From: Entomortierella parvispora E1425
Taxonomy: Eukaryota > Fungi > Mortierellomycota
DNA: 64,000 nucleotides
Assembly: GCA_020891255.1 (NCBI GenBank)
Contig: BQFW01000013.1
Coordinates: 124,001 to 188,000 of the forward strand
Reading direction: 5' to 3'
The position numbers and the translations under genes were made by a program. Below the pieces are notes generated by a model. It was not told the origin of the DNA, ran no database searches, and was given only the letters and a program-made list of their open reading frames with translations. Below, in pieces: positions 48,319 through 60,382 of the stretch; positions within the stretch are counted from its first letter, which is position 1, and each line of letters starts with the position of its first letter.

Positions 48319-49266
48319 CTACTGCTCTCTGTTGGCCTTTTGGGCCGCATGGGCCTCAAAGCAGGAGACGCCACCGCCGCTCGGAGAGCTAGCACCCTTG
48401 GCCCATTTGTCGTAGCTACCATCACCCAAAAGCTGGTTCAGCTTATCTGCATTGGCGACCAAAGAAGCCGACAAGACCTTGAGGACGGAACGGTTGATGG
48501 AGTAGCTCTGGGACGAGTACGTCTTCTTGCCACTGTGTGTGAGCTCCATGCGCAAGTTGGTGTAAAAGATGCTCGTCACCAAGACGCCATTGTCCTCCGT
48601 GATGGTCGATTGGGTAAAGACCGATTTGTTTGCGGATTTGGAACTGTGGTTCAGGATCGAGTTGGCCATCTGGTTGATAGAGTCCACGACCTGGTTCATG
48701 TTCACGCCCACGACACCCTCATAGGCCGACTTGATCTCGTTGATCATCGTGTCGATATTGACCGAGGTCTCTTCTTGAGCGGACTGCTCGTTGTATGTCA
48801 TCATGAATCCGGGGCTAGGAGTAAGAGGAAGAGGTGGAGAGCGGTTGAAGTAGAAGTGTAATGCTTCAATTAGTTTCTCAAAAACGTTACAAAACAAAGA
48901 ATTTTTTTTTAGAAGTCAAACAACTTACAAGGTGCAGACCTTCTCAATGTAGGAGGTGAACTGATCAGTTTGGTTCTCAAGACCTTTGGCGGGGAAGAAA
49001 TCGGCCATCGTGGCGGCATAGGTCAAGATGGTACCGACAGCATCCGGGTGGTTCTTGGGGTCTCTGAAGATATCTGCACCTGTGGCGCCAAAGGACTGGA
49101 CGTTGCAGCAGAAAGGCTGCGAGACCAATTCGGTGCCGCCGTTGTTGGGGAGCTGAGGGGTGGGGAAATGGGGTGCGTTGCGGGGGCGACGACCTTCAGC
49201 CCAGTCGATAAAGTCGTTGTGGGTGGGAGCGGGACGTTCGGAGGACATCATCTCTAAGAATTTCAT
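48319..49266 (-). CDS. Evf/Cyt-type (Bacillus Cyt cytolysin, volvatoxin A2, Erwinia Evf fold) toxin-like protein, 277 aa
   Basis: Exons 49266-48929 and 48814-48319 (834 nt, in frame; the junction gives KVCTFPGFMM). QSAQEETSVNIDTMINEIKSAYEGVVG resembles the Cyt helix region, followed by an amphipathic helix and S/T-rich beta strands. No signal peptide. The gene model is solid; the family call is from pattern recognition. Confidence 0.65.
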
Positions 49267-49536
49267 TGATCAGAAAGTTGTTGATGCAGCAGCCAATGAG
49301 GGAGAGTCAAGCCCATGGGAAAAAAAATCCAATGTTCTTGTGAAGGGATCATATTAAGAATGGGCGGAGGCGCTTGAGAGATCTTGACTAGTGAAAAGTA
49401 GGGTGAAGCTCTTACTCAATGAATGGGTTTCTTGAATGGATTGAGAAGGAGTGGAGGGTTGAGTTGTCTTGGAAGAGAAGAGAAGGGTTGCTTTGAGGGA
49501 TGAGTAGAGAGATTCTTGGGACGCGACGACCCTTCC

Positions 49537-49543
49537 TTTTATA
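49537..49543 (-). promoter_or_regulatory. Putative TATA box of the toxin-like gene
   Basis: TATAAAA on the minus strand, followed by a CT-rich leader, about 270 nt upstream of ATG 49266. Confidence 0.5.
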
Positions 49544-52332
49544 CGCGATCTTGACCTTCCTTTCGCTACCAGCTCCTCGGAATCATCATCACTGACCCAC
49601 TGCCATTTTCTCATGCTCGCGCGTCTAGACATGGGGTCCACAGCGCCATCTCCTATCTACCAAGTAGCAAAAGACCCAAAAAAAAAAAAAAAAATCCGCC
49701 GACGGGATGGCAAAACAAGAAAAGCCCTAGACCAAATCAGAGTGAAGGAAAAAAAAACAGGAGCACACTCTCGTTCACACACAAACGGATAGACACGCTA
49801 GTCGTTCTTGATGGTCAAAACGCGATATTCAGCGGCAAATAAATCTTCATGGTCCAAAAGAATGCTTGCATGACATTTTCTTATAGGTGAGATTAGCAAA
49901 GCGGGAAACGGAGATCTCTGATGAACGACAATGAATATCAAAACACAAAACGTTTTTGCAAGGCGAGGCAAGGCGAAGCAAGGCAAGGCAAAAAAAAAAA
50001 AAGAGTTCTGGCCCAAGGGCCCACCAACTACCCGTACCCAATTTTCATGCAACAACAAACAACAGAAAAAAAGAGAGCCCTCATACTCCTCCTCCAACAG
50101 CCCTTCCAATCTGTTTTTTGTTTGAGTGCATGGTTGCATGCTGCTGACAGACGATGACGGTGGAAAAGGAGGACGTGCGTGGTTTCCCTCAGGGCACAAC
50201 GGTTACACACGCGTCGACCAAGGCCACAAAATCTCTTTTTTCCCGCGGAGAACTGGAAAAACATGCAAAACACGAGGCACTGCAGCTCTCAACGCCGTAG
50301 ACAGTCGAGCTGGTCCGTTCATGTTCCCCCCAATCTCCCAATCAGGTTTATCATCTATGCATTGACAAATCAATTGGAGGTGCATGCATCTGAAGTAGCC
50401 TTCAGATTTTCATGCATCATCCGCCTTTTCTTTTAGCTAGATGTGGCGGAAAATCGGGTTATTCTACTCTCCGCCCAACCCCGCCTACCCCAAAGAGTTT
50501 CGTGAGAGGGAAGGAAGATGGTGAAGGAGAAAGGAGCAGGTCCAGCCCGGGTTAACACTCCAAGGAGAGCCTTGAACTGCTTATTCCGTCCTAGACAGAC
50601 ATCCCTAGGGTTCGTCGCCTAAACGACTCAATGGATGAATATCACAGTGATGATGTGTGTTCTAGACGACTGGACGACAGGTACAGTGGCGCGATCCAGC
50701 CCTCGACAAGACGCGCTGACTAGCCCGCCCGCATGCCTTTTTTCACTAGCCCATGTTCCACACGATGTAATCATGCAGACTTTTCAAACCACAGGGTCAA
50801 TTTGACTAGAGAGTCATCGTCGCCCCTGTTTGCAGTAACTCATGATATTTATTGTACTTGAAGGCAGGGGTGAGGAAGATAGGACGATTCAATCTATCTA
50901 TCCTTCATTCATCAGCTCCGCGGTCACCCCAATGCAGTGAACGCGTTGAGGGACAGTAGCAGGGCTTTGACGCGTTGTTTTCGTGTTGAGGATGACTGAC
51001 TGTCACCCCTGATTCCTCTGGAAGGGCCCAGCAAGAGGACGAGAGGTTTCATGCTTGGGGATCAGTGCCTCATATACGATTGAGGAACGATGCGGGCTCA
51101 GGCTGGCCAGCAGCATTTGTAAAGGCAAAGGCGAAGCAGACGTGAAAAAAAAAAAAAAAAAAAAAGAAAGAACGATGGACTTATGTTCTCTCGTTTCTCC
51201 TTTCTTTCCTTCCTCTTTCTGATCAACATCAGACACAGCACCACGTAGTACAGCGCCTCCTCATATATGCATCGTGCCAATGACATCTTCATTCCAGCTC
51301 GTCTTCGAAAATAGCCAATGATCACAACAAATCATCTTCCACAGCTCTTTGAAAGGTCCACATGCTCGTCTCTCTGGTTCGTTTTTGTATTCTGCAAGAA
51401 ACACAGCTGAGGATGTATAGTTGTAGGAGTGCAAGTTTCGGGTGAGATAGAGACAGACAAGCATTGATTGCTTTGGCGTTTTGCACCACGTCCCGCGATC
51501 CATCCAATTGTGCGATAGAGTTGGGCTCTAACTCTCCTGGCGGTGACACCAATCGACGCGTTTTGTCTTCTTGGACCATTGGCTCTGTCTGCGATTTGAC
51601 TTGAGAACATTTCCACACATCGCCGAAAGAACGAAGTGACAGCAACCTCTGGGCAAAGTCTTGAGCCCGTATACTTACATCTGTGGGAGCTGGCGTGAAC
51701 ACAGCTCTGGTGATGTGAAGCCAGGGGTGTTTTGAGTGGCAGCTGAAGGAGCTTCAGTGAGCACAAATATAACAAACAATAGCGCCACTAGGTTGTTTTT
51801 GTTTGTTAGCATGTGTGGAGACACAACGACGTGAAAAACAATTTCAAAGGGGTTTGTCTACGAGGCACACCTGATGAAACGCGTCTTGTTATGTAGACGA
51901 CATCTGCAGCTAGCATGCCAAATTGGCAGTGCGCAGGCGATCCGGCTTATCGCGGCGTGCCCTCACGATTTTCTTGAACAAGTCGAAGCATAGGACTAAA
52001 GCTGCAAGTAAGGCTGTTGGACATGGACCGCCGCGGCGTGCGCCAAGGATGAACCGAGAATAGATTGGGTAGCAGGCGTCTTCTCTTGTGCCTCTTGTAC
52101 CAGGTGTTTGCCATCTGCCCACCTCAATTGGCTCTTCCCTGCGGTTTACTGCCCTTGATCAGACTATCCAATTCCTTTTTCTTTTCCCTGGTTTTTTTTC
52201 GAACCAACCCAAAAGGGATGGCGCCACCTGATATTTTGCCAATTTTACCTTTTTGTCATGCACCCATTTCAATGGCTGTTTCAATGGCTGTCGCCGCGTC
52301 CAAGCGCCAAGGTGTCAATAGAGCCCTGAACA

Positions 52333-52338
52333 TATAAA
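52333..52338 (+). promoter_or_regulatory. Putative TATA box upstream of the small secreted protein
   Basis: TATAAA about 265 nt upstream of ATG 52602. Confidence 0.4.
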
Positions 52339-52601
52339 TGACTAAGGAGATCTATCAACCCCACGCCAACATCAACCTGAACTCCTTTACTTCCAAGTCA
52401 ACTGTTTCTTTCTCATATCCCTGCTGCTCTTTCCTTATGCCGAGGCTCTGCGTGGACACCCATTAACCACCTGTAGGAAAATAGAAGATATCACGGTCCA
52501 AAAACAACTCAACTGATCTTGAGTCACACACGTTTCCCCTCCTCTTTTCAAAAAAAAAAAAAAAAGGAACAAAAACAGTTTTCCCCCCTCCTCGACTCGA
52601 T

Positions 52602-52853
52602 ATGAAGTTTTCGGCCTTTCTCGCACTGAGCTTTTCAGCTGTCGCAGCGGCGACCCATTGCACCACGGACGGCGGTACAAAGTTCTCGGCCTGTTGGAAT
52701 AACCCTATCAATCAGTATGTGACCTGGATGAGCTGCAACTGCGAGGGTCAAACCGTTGACTGCACCAGTCAAGATGGATCATTCACTTTGTGCGGAGACG
52801 TGTCGTATACGTACATAAACGCGGAAGTCTACTCTTGCAACATCATTTGCTGA
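52602..52853 (+). CDS. Small secreted cysteine-rich protein (83 aa, 8 Cys)
   Basis: Classic signal peptide MKFSAFLALSFSAVAAA. The mature part of about 66 aa has 8 Cys and ends in Cys. Upstream TATA and a clean single-exon ORF. Confidence 0.85.
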   Translation: MKFSAFLALSFSAVAAATHCTTDGGTKFSACWNNPINQYVTWMSCNCEGQTVDCTSQDGSFTLCGDVSYTYINAEVYSCNIIC

Positions 52854-54393
52854 ACAAGAACGCAATAAAGAACGAGAAGCCAAGACGGGGCTAGACTTGG
52901 TCTCCCCTGAGACGTCTCTTCTTCTCCCTACAACAAATGTACCATAGTGGGTCGGTCCTTTGACGACAGCCAGGAGTGATCATCCACTCTTTATTTTTTT
53001 TAAGGAAAGGAAAGGAAGGACCTGGGGATGCTTGACGATATCACGAGCAGTGTGAAGATCATTGAATCATTGTATAGGGAACAGACCCTCTGATGCCGTT
53101 TCCATTAGATGAGGGAGTAGGGGCCGCCGTTATGGTGGCTACTTTGTTTAGTAACAATACTAGTTTTTCTATAAAGAGTGAATGTTGACAACTGCAAACA
53201 TGCGCGAGTGGCCTCTCCCATCGTCCCAGAACCTTTTTGGGGAGGAGAAGAATATCCATCACCAAAAAAAAAAAAAAAAGATGCGCTAAGGAACAAAGGA
53301 TGATCGTCAAGAACGCCCTCCTCCTAAAAAACAAGCAACAGTCATTCACATGTATCCAATGTCTGATCTCGAACAACACAACTTTCAAACAAACGATCAT
53401 TTTGAGTTTTGTATGGTATGAAGAACAACTGATGAATATATTGAAATGAAAAAAGGGAGTAGAGAACAGAGAACAGAGAACAGGCAACAAAGAACTGAAG
53501 GGGCAATAAACAAAGGACTGAAGAGAAAAGAAAAAAAACTGCAACTAGTTGTACATACAGATCCAGAACGAGAAGTAAGTCTATGGCGCTTGGTTCGTGC
53601 GTCCTTGGTGCATGGCAAACTCAATCAGGCCCCCGCACCTCCAACAAATGTCGACCGACAACCTTTCGAGCACACAGGAACCATTCCAATGAACGGACCA
53701 AATTTCTCATGTGCCTCATTCATTCGTATATAATGCATCCTTTTTTTTTTCTCGGTAGTGGCTGTGCCAGGGCAATGGAGGCTTGAGATTCTACTCGTGA
53801 TGATATTGACTGCTACAGGAGAAAAAAAAGCAATTATTGCCAATCATTCCCTGGCTGCAGACTGACGCGCCTTCTGTCTCTTGGTCTAAAAACTTTCGGC
53901 ACATTGGTCGAACTCTTCTAGGCAGATAGAGCTGCAACCCTCACGTCTGTGTTGAGCAACCATTGTTTTTTCTTCTTCTTTAGTCTCCTTTCTTCTAGCC
54001 TCGTCTGATCTTTCTACAGACTCCGTCGCTCGCGCTTCATTTTGTTCAGTTATCTGCGAGCTGCCGTGTCTTACGATTGTCGAAGCCGGTATCCACCCCC
54101 CCTCATCGTTCAGATAGAAACACCTTTTTGGGGGGAGGAGATCATCGAGGCTGACTTGTTCATTGGAGAAACAGACACTTTGATTTGGTTTTGGAGGAAC
54201 AAATCCTTGAAAGAATATTATTACAGAAAGGCAGTAAACGAAAACAGCAGAACAAATATCGAAATGAACAACAAATATCAAGACAAAGAACATTGAGAAT
54301 GAAAGGATACAAATACAAAGGAGAAAAGGGACTACTGACAACTAAAAATACAAAGGAATTATAAAGGTACAACAATCTGTGGTTTACATATCT

Positions 54394-55965
54394 TCATGCC
54401 GTGTGGTGGCTGCGACCAACTCCACGAGGATGGGCCAAAATCCAATCGGCAGCAAGATCGGCGCGAACGATACAATGCTGACCAGCACCGGGGGGGAGGT
54501 CTGTGAGGCCGAGTACAGCGACCAACTTGGGCCAGTGGGTGCTGAACCACTCCAGCTCAGGCGCGCCGATCCGGTGCGCGGTCCATCGGACGTCAAGAGT
54601 GCGCATCGCCTGCATGTCACGAAGCAGGTCAATGCCCGACTCAAAGGAGAACATCAAACAAGATGTTTGATATCCTCCATGTCCTTCTCCGACGCCACCT
54701 GGAATCGGCGCCCTTCTCTGCCCCAGACGCAGGAGCTGGAGGTTGACCAAAAGGCCAAGCTGTTGGTAGACGACTGTATGCTCGACTTGGCTTGGCGGGG
54801 AGAACTCGTCCCTCTCATCGAAGGCGGGGTAGAGACATTCGACGGCTATCTCCAAATGGGTCAATGTCAGTGAACAGCCCCACACTTGGGTCGGGCCATC
54901 AAGGTCCAGCACCCAAGGCAGGTCGTCCATCAGGCCCGCTCCGTCATGGAAATGATGGGATCTGATCCTCAAGTGGCCTTGCTCCAACAAGGTCGAGGGC
55001 AGAGCGCAGAACTCCCTCAGCCTAGTAGCCCTCTCAAGGAAAGACTGAACGTCGTTGCCAAAAAAGCCGAAAACGCCATCTAGAGTAATCGACTCTGAGG
55101 TTGCCCCACTCCTGGCAAGGGAGCCGAGACTCTGAACATTTGGCACCGCGATGGTCAGCTTCTTGGCATGCCCCCCGAGAGCCAACATCTGGTCCAACAC
55201 CCATTCGCCAGCCTGGTTGGCTTTCCAGGTCAGACTTTGGAGATTCCCTACGATCGCCATGATATTCGTTCTGGACTTTTCGCAAAGTGACCAGTCACCA
55301 TCAACGTGAATCGTAAGGGCCGCCAGGTTGGGACTAACGCTCAGTAGATCAACAATCCTATCGATGGAACCCCTTAGACCACTGAACGACATCTGCTTCA
55401 CGTTCGTCAGTCTAGCAGGTCCGGACAAGGATTCGACATAGAACTCATCAATCATCACAGGCTCTTCGCGAATGGTCAGCCCAGCGAAATCCAGATGCAG
55501 CTCAGAAAGACATCTGCAGTGAGAAAAGAGACTCAAGGTGACCGTCCAGTCATAGTATCCATGCAGAGCGACGCGGTCCAGGAACGGACTATTCATCGTC
55601 AAGGCACGAACTAGCTCCAGTGTACTGCTCGCGGAATCTCTGAAACTGCGTTGGAAGCCAATATCAAGGCAGCCCAATCTCGAGCATCTGGCTTCGTTTA
55701 GCAGTGTGCCGTGCTCCAGCCCTTGTCCAGTCACAAAGGAGCGCGTGAGCTGACCGTTCTCCGCGAAGAGCCTCTGCACAGAATCCAAATCCAATAACCC
55801 GGCCTGACTCTCACTAGTCAAGTCGAGATCCCGGAACAGATAGGGGGCCCACACTCGACGTAGTCCTCGGCTGACTCTTGTGCATGCTGCAATGTCGTGC
55901 ACGGAGAGATAGTCGGCAACAAGTCCAACCAACTCCAGTGGAAGCAAGCTGAATAGGACGGACAT
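54394..55965 (-). CDS. F-box/LRR (RNI-like) protein
   Basis: ATG 55965. F-box LLPLELVGLVADYLSVHDIAACTRVSRGLRRVWAPYLFR; C-terminal VYQQLGLLVNLQLLRLG...FSFESGIDLLRDMQAMRTLDV...ELEWFSTHWPKL, a pattern I recognise from expanded Mortierellaceae F-box families. Confidence 0.88.
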   Translation of the reverse strand: MSVLFSLLPLELVGLVADYLSVHDIAACTRVSRGLRRVWAPYLFRDLDLTSESQAGLLDLDSVQRLFAENGQLTRSFVTGQGLEHGTLLNEARCSRLGCLDIGFQRSFRDSASSTLELVRALTMNSPFLDRVALHGYYDWTVTLSLFSHCRCLSELHLDFAGLTIREEPVMIDEFYVESLSGPARLTNVKQMSFSGLRGSIDRIVDLLSVSPNLAALTIHVDGDWSLCEKSRTNIMAIVGNLQSLTWKANQAGEWVLDQMLALGGHAKKLTIAVPNVQSLGSLARSGATSESITLDGVFGFFGNDVQSFLERATRLREFCALPSTLLEQGHLRIRSHHFHDGAGLMDDLPWVLDLDGPTQVWGCSLTLTHLEIAVECLYPAFDERDEFSPPSQVEHTVVYQQLGLLVNLQLLRLGQRRAPIPGGVGEGHGGYQTSCLMFSFESGIDLLRDMQAMRTLDVRWTAHRIGAPELEWFSTHWPKLVAVLGLTDLPPGAGQHCIVRADLAADWILAHPRGVGRSHHTA

Positions 55966-58900
55966 CGTAGAATATCTGATTAGGAGTGCCGAAATAATTA
56001 ATAACAGTTTGTTAATAAGGCGCAGGGAGAGGAGGCATCGAGTATTTTGTGGTGAAGGAGATGAAGCCGTTAAAACTGAGAGAGGGAACACATACCTGAA
56101 GTTGGCTGGAAACGAGTTTTAATCAAGGTAAGAGTCCCAAGGAGAGGAAGGACAGAAAACAACAGAACGGCAGGCTGGCCTAGCAGTGAGAGAGGGAAGA
56201 GAGGGGAAGAGGGTGTGCGTGAGTGTGTGTGTGAGTACTCAAGTGCTGGCACGGAGATGGTGTGAAGAGGTCGTGCCCTATGAGGATGAGCAGATTGTGA
56301 AAGGGAACTAACATACCTGTGCTTGGAAGAGAGGGTGTGTGCGCGTGTGGGTGCTTGAAACAAAGCGCAAGGAGGTCGAGGAAGCCGAGGTCTGTAAAGC
56401 GTCTGGCTGGGGCGCAGGCGTCTCTGAAGGCCGAAGAGGTGGGTGCAGAGACGGGGGCAGAGGAAAGAGGGTGTATCGCAGTGGAACTTTGGGAAAGAGC
56501 TGAGGAATGGCCGGGGGTGTAAAGGGGAAGCTGAAAACTGAGCAAGAGCGCGATGAGGATGTTCTCTGGAAAGAAGGCGAAAGAGCAAGCAGAAGAGAGA
56601 ACGAAGAACACAAAAAACAGAGAGAGAGAGAGGGCCAAATATATGGCCGATGTCGACGTCAATCCACCATGGCAACAAATGTCGCATGAAAAAAAAATAT
56701 TGAATAGAAAATAATATAAAAAAAAATGGTTCCTCGCCGAAGCAGACAGGCAAGGACCATGTGAAAATAATCATAGTGCCATCGAAGGGTAAGCTCTATT
56801 CCAACGAGGCTGCTTGTATCTTGGCTGGGCCATGTCCTGGATCTGCATTTTATTCTTTTTTTTTTGTCTATCTGTTCGGACCAGCGACCAGGATCTTGAC
56901 CGTCCTTGTAAATGTCGGAGGTACTCTGCCCCAAAGGGACACCAGTGTGGTCATGAAGAGGGATCAATAGAAGAGGTTGTGAGGGAGATGAATGTATCGC
57001 GATGGACTGTGATGCCCGCGTTCTTGTATCGCTTCATGAATGAAAGGAGAATAGCCTCTTCAAAGGGTCCGGCTGCATTTCTTCCTCGCTGTACATTATT
57101 GTACCATTCCAAAATGGCAATGAAGGCTGATCCACCTTCTGGTTCTCGTCATACCCTGTTGTTCCGAAGTAGCTTCGATGGTGGGCAGAGGAACTCCAGA
57201 TGACGACAGGTCGCTATATTTTGACATGGACTCGACAACAAAGACTCACAACCACAGCCTCGCTTCCCTCAGGATGGCTGCCAGTGAGGGACCAAAAATC
57301 AGACATGGGAGAAAGAGAAGCGTCAACTCGGCCTAGTTCATTCAATCAGAGGGATGCATTCGAGTTTTATTGCAACATTTCTGTTGCAGTCAAACTCTTC
57401 TTTCGATGGCCCGTGGCTGGCAGTTGTCCTTCTTGCCTATTCAACATCTGCAACAAAGAGAAGAGGGACAAGAAGAGAGACAGAGAAATGGATGGATCAG
57501 GAGCGAGAACCAGAGAGAAGGAAAGAGAAAAAGCGAAAAGATGGAGGAGGACCATGGTCAGATTTACTGTCCGCGACAAGCACCTTCAGAATAAACTCAC
57601 TTTGGGCTGACATCTCTCTCTCTCCTCCGTCCATTTTTCAAGTTTGCTGTGCATGGTGTCAGTTCTCTCCAGCAGGCGGAGGTGTTTAGAGCCTCGCAGC
57701 CAGAATTCATCTCCTTGATGCAGAGGAATGCAACGTCGAGCACAGATCAGCCTGTCGTTGCTTCCAGAAGGCCGTTGGTGTTATGAAGTCCTTCCTCTGG
57801 ACTACAGGTGTGGTGTGGAAGAGAGACTGACATGGACCCAAGGAAAAGGAGCCCACCACAGGGAGAGAATACCGGGCACATGGTTTCATCGTTGCATCGG
57901 TCTCTCTTCACGGAGAAGCGAGCACAAACAAAAGGGCCTGTGCATCGATTGTCACAGGGAGGGAAGGGAGGACGGACCCTCTTTTTTTTTATTTTTTTTT
58001 GTTGTGAGGGAAGGGAAGGGAAGGGAATGACGAGGGAGGGAGTGGCTGGGTGGGACAGAGTGCGACAGAGTGTGAGAAAGGACACAAAAAGGCGCGGCAC
58101 TTTTTGACTCTTTTCTTTTCCTTTCTTCTTTTCTCTCTTCTTTCCTCTCTTCTTCACACACACTGAACCGTTCCCGCCCCTCACCTGCCTTTGATCGCCA
58201 CACTACCTCCGTCAGTTCGAATCCTTTGGATGCTGCGTCTTTCCTGGCTCGATCAAGAAAACAACAACTTGGGTCCTGTTCTGTTTGAATATTGCATTGT
58301 TCCTTGTTGCTGTTGTTTGTTGCTTTTGTCATGGGCCCAAGTCTGTTGCACCCCTCTTGTCAGACACTGCACCCCTTGTCCCCCCTTCCCCAGTACGCCT
58401 TGATGCTCTATGGTACGCCTCCTCGACTTGCAGTTGCGGAATTCAGTGAGGCAAAGCTTTGGCCGGGAGGCTGAGGAGGTCTATTAACACGGCCAACTTG
58501 GAGTACTGCGGGTGTATACCGCTGCTTGAGGGTTACCAGGTAAAGTATAAGGTAGGTGGGGTGCGATGGCCTGCCGCCTGCTCGTTGGCGCGCCCTGCAC
58601 AGCTCTGTTCTTCTTTTCTGGAGAACAAGCTGACTGAGAGCAGGCCTGTTTGATTCAAATAAATGGATGTTTACTCTTAACAGAAAGTACTTCGCCAGGC
58701 AGGTGGACCACGAAGGAATATTGAGGTGAGCCTTTGCGGGGAGAAAGTCTGTGGCACTTGGTATGTGCGTCCAAAATCATGCATGGCATTGTTCATTCGC
58801 TTATTACATTCCTTCATTCCCTCATTCGTTCCTTCATTCGTTCCTTCATTCATATTCATGAGAGCGATTAAGGGAGACAGCCACTTTTTTTAAAAAAATC

Positions 58901-59084
58901 CAGGATTTGGATGAAGAGGGTGAGCTTCAGCACCTTCTTCGCCCCTGTGGGTTTGCTTGATATTCTACCCCAGATGATGCTGGCTGACAGGGTGAATCAC
59001 GACTGGACGGTTCCTGGTTGCAGCCTGACGCGTGTTGTGTCCTTTTTCTCTTGACTTTTCCCTTGGCGCCACAATGGTCAAACG

Positions 59085-59960
59085 TTGCTAGGCAGACAGG
59101 GCCGGAAAAGGTCTTTTGCCCTCTCCTTGAGCGACCATGTCGACTGGATCTCCTCTGTATCGCATTCATCCAATGGTAAACAGATCGTGACAGGCAGTCA
59201 AGACAGCACAGTGCGACTGTGGGATGCACAGACTGGCGGACACACAGGTGACTTCTGTGGCGGTATTTACCAAGCGGCCTCCAGCAGCCATGACAAGACC
59301 ATGCGACTGTGAGATGCACAACGGATGAGCACCCTTTGCCTCCTTGAGTGGCCATACCGACTTTATCACTCCTGTAGCACATTCAATCACGGCCACCAGA
59401 TCGCCCCTGGCAGTCATGACAGGACGGTGCGCTCAGGTGGGAGCTCTGTTTCATCCTGCACTGGCAACACAGGCATTGTCACTTGTGTGGCATTTCACCA
59501 GGCGGCCTTCAAATGGCCGCGGGTAGTTATGATCACACGTGCCTTGTCCTTGAATGGCCTTACCAGCTGTCATTTAATCACCCAGCAGTCAATAGGTTGC
59601 CTCGACCAGTTTGAACAGGACTGTATGACTATGGGATACTAAGACTCGCCAATGCCTGGTCACAGTGAGTTGATTCGATGATATTGCCGAAAGTATCGCT
59701 TTGGAGCCTTTGCCCAGCGGTGAACATTTTATCACGGGTGGTGCCAACAGGTGTGTTCGCGTTTGGAAAGTGACCAAACGTGAAAACGAGGTGCAGCTGT
59801 GTCTTCATTGGTGATCGACTTCCAGGCAGGCTCGTGTTGTCGAAAGAGTGTATTCAGTGCGCTGGAGATTTAAGCGAGATGAAAAAAAGTCTCTTTCAGC
59901 AGCGACGTGCTCTGAGCCAGCCAATGGTCGACCCTTCTTCTCCCCCTCTTGGATCGAGAG
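59085..59960 (+). pseudogene. Decayed WD40-repeat gene, C-terminal part of a NACHT/NB-ARC-WD40 (HET-E/NLR-like) type protein
   Basis: One clean WD40 (LSDHVDWISSVSHSSNGKQIVTGSQDSTVRLWDAQTG), then frameshifted or stopped repeats (SSSHDKTMRL*DAQ, GHTDFITPVAHS, GHQIAPGSHDRTVR, SGEHFITGGANRCVRVWKV). The terminal IQCAGDLSEMKKSLFQQRRALSQP resembles the tail of Mortierellaceae NACHT-WD40 proteins. Confidence 0.8.
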
Positions 59961-60382
59961 AGTCCAAATGAAGTGCAAAAGTCTCAATAAACGCAGCTTT
60001 TCCTTCTTCATCAGTTTATCATTATGGCCCGCGGGCCCACTTACTCCCCCTGTCTTCTCGGAATTGTTCATTTTGTTATATATTGGAATGCAGGTTATTA
60101 CCAGGCAACAGGAAATAAAAGTGAAAAAAGCAGGTAGCAGTAGTAAAAGCTGAGACAGGTAATAGTGGGTAAAGGTGGATGATGATCACTAGTAATTGTA
60201 GAGATAGTTGTAGATATAGTTGTGTGTGTGTGAAGGAACGAAGGAAAGAGGAGATGAGAGTGAGGGAAAGGAGGGTATTAATTCTTTTTTTGACACGTCC
60301 ATCCACAATTTCTTCAAAATCTGGACGCGACAGCACTCTCTCTCACTCTCTCATCGATCCAAGAGCTCAAAGGCACATGCTT

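Noticed and set aside
50640-50745. C/D-box snoRNA or Pol III ncRNA (GTGATGA...CTGA, then a T6 run)
   Set aside because: No terminal stem and no rRNA-complementary guide that I could recognise; such boxes arise often by chance. An Infernal search would settle it.
51000-51780. Overlapping minus-strand ORFs that look protein-like
   Set aside because: Possibly a decayed gene, but no family can be assigned and the coding frame is ambiguous.
53886-54200. CSSICLEEFD, resembling the first half of a RING-H2 finger
   Set aside because: It has an extra residue, stops after six more residues, and no CxH/HxxC half is found in any frame. At most an unassignable relic.
58211-58230. tRNA (GTTCGAATCC B-box)
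   Set aside because: No A-box, acceptor stem or cloverleaf in the surrounding sequence. A similar hit near 10592 also fails.
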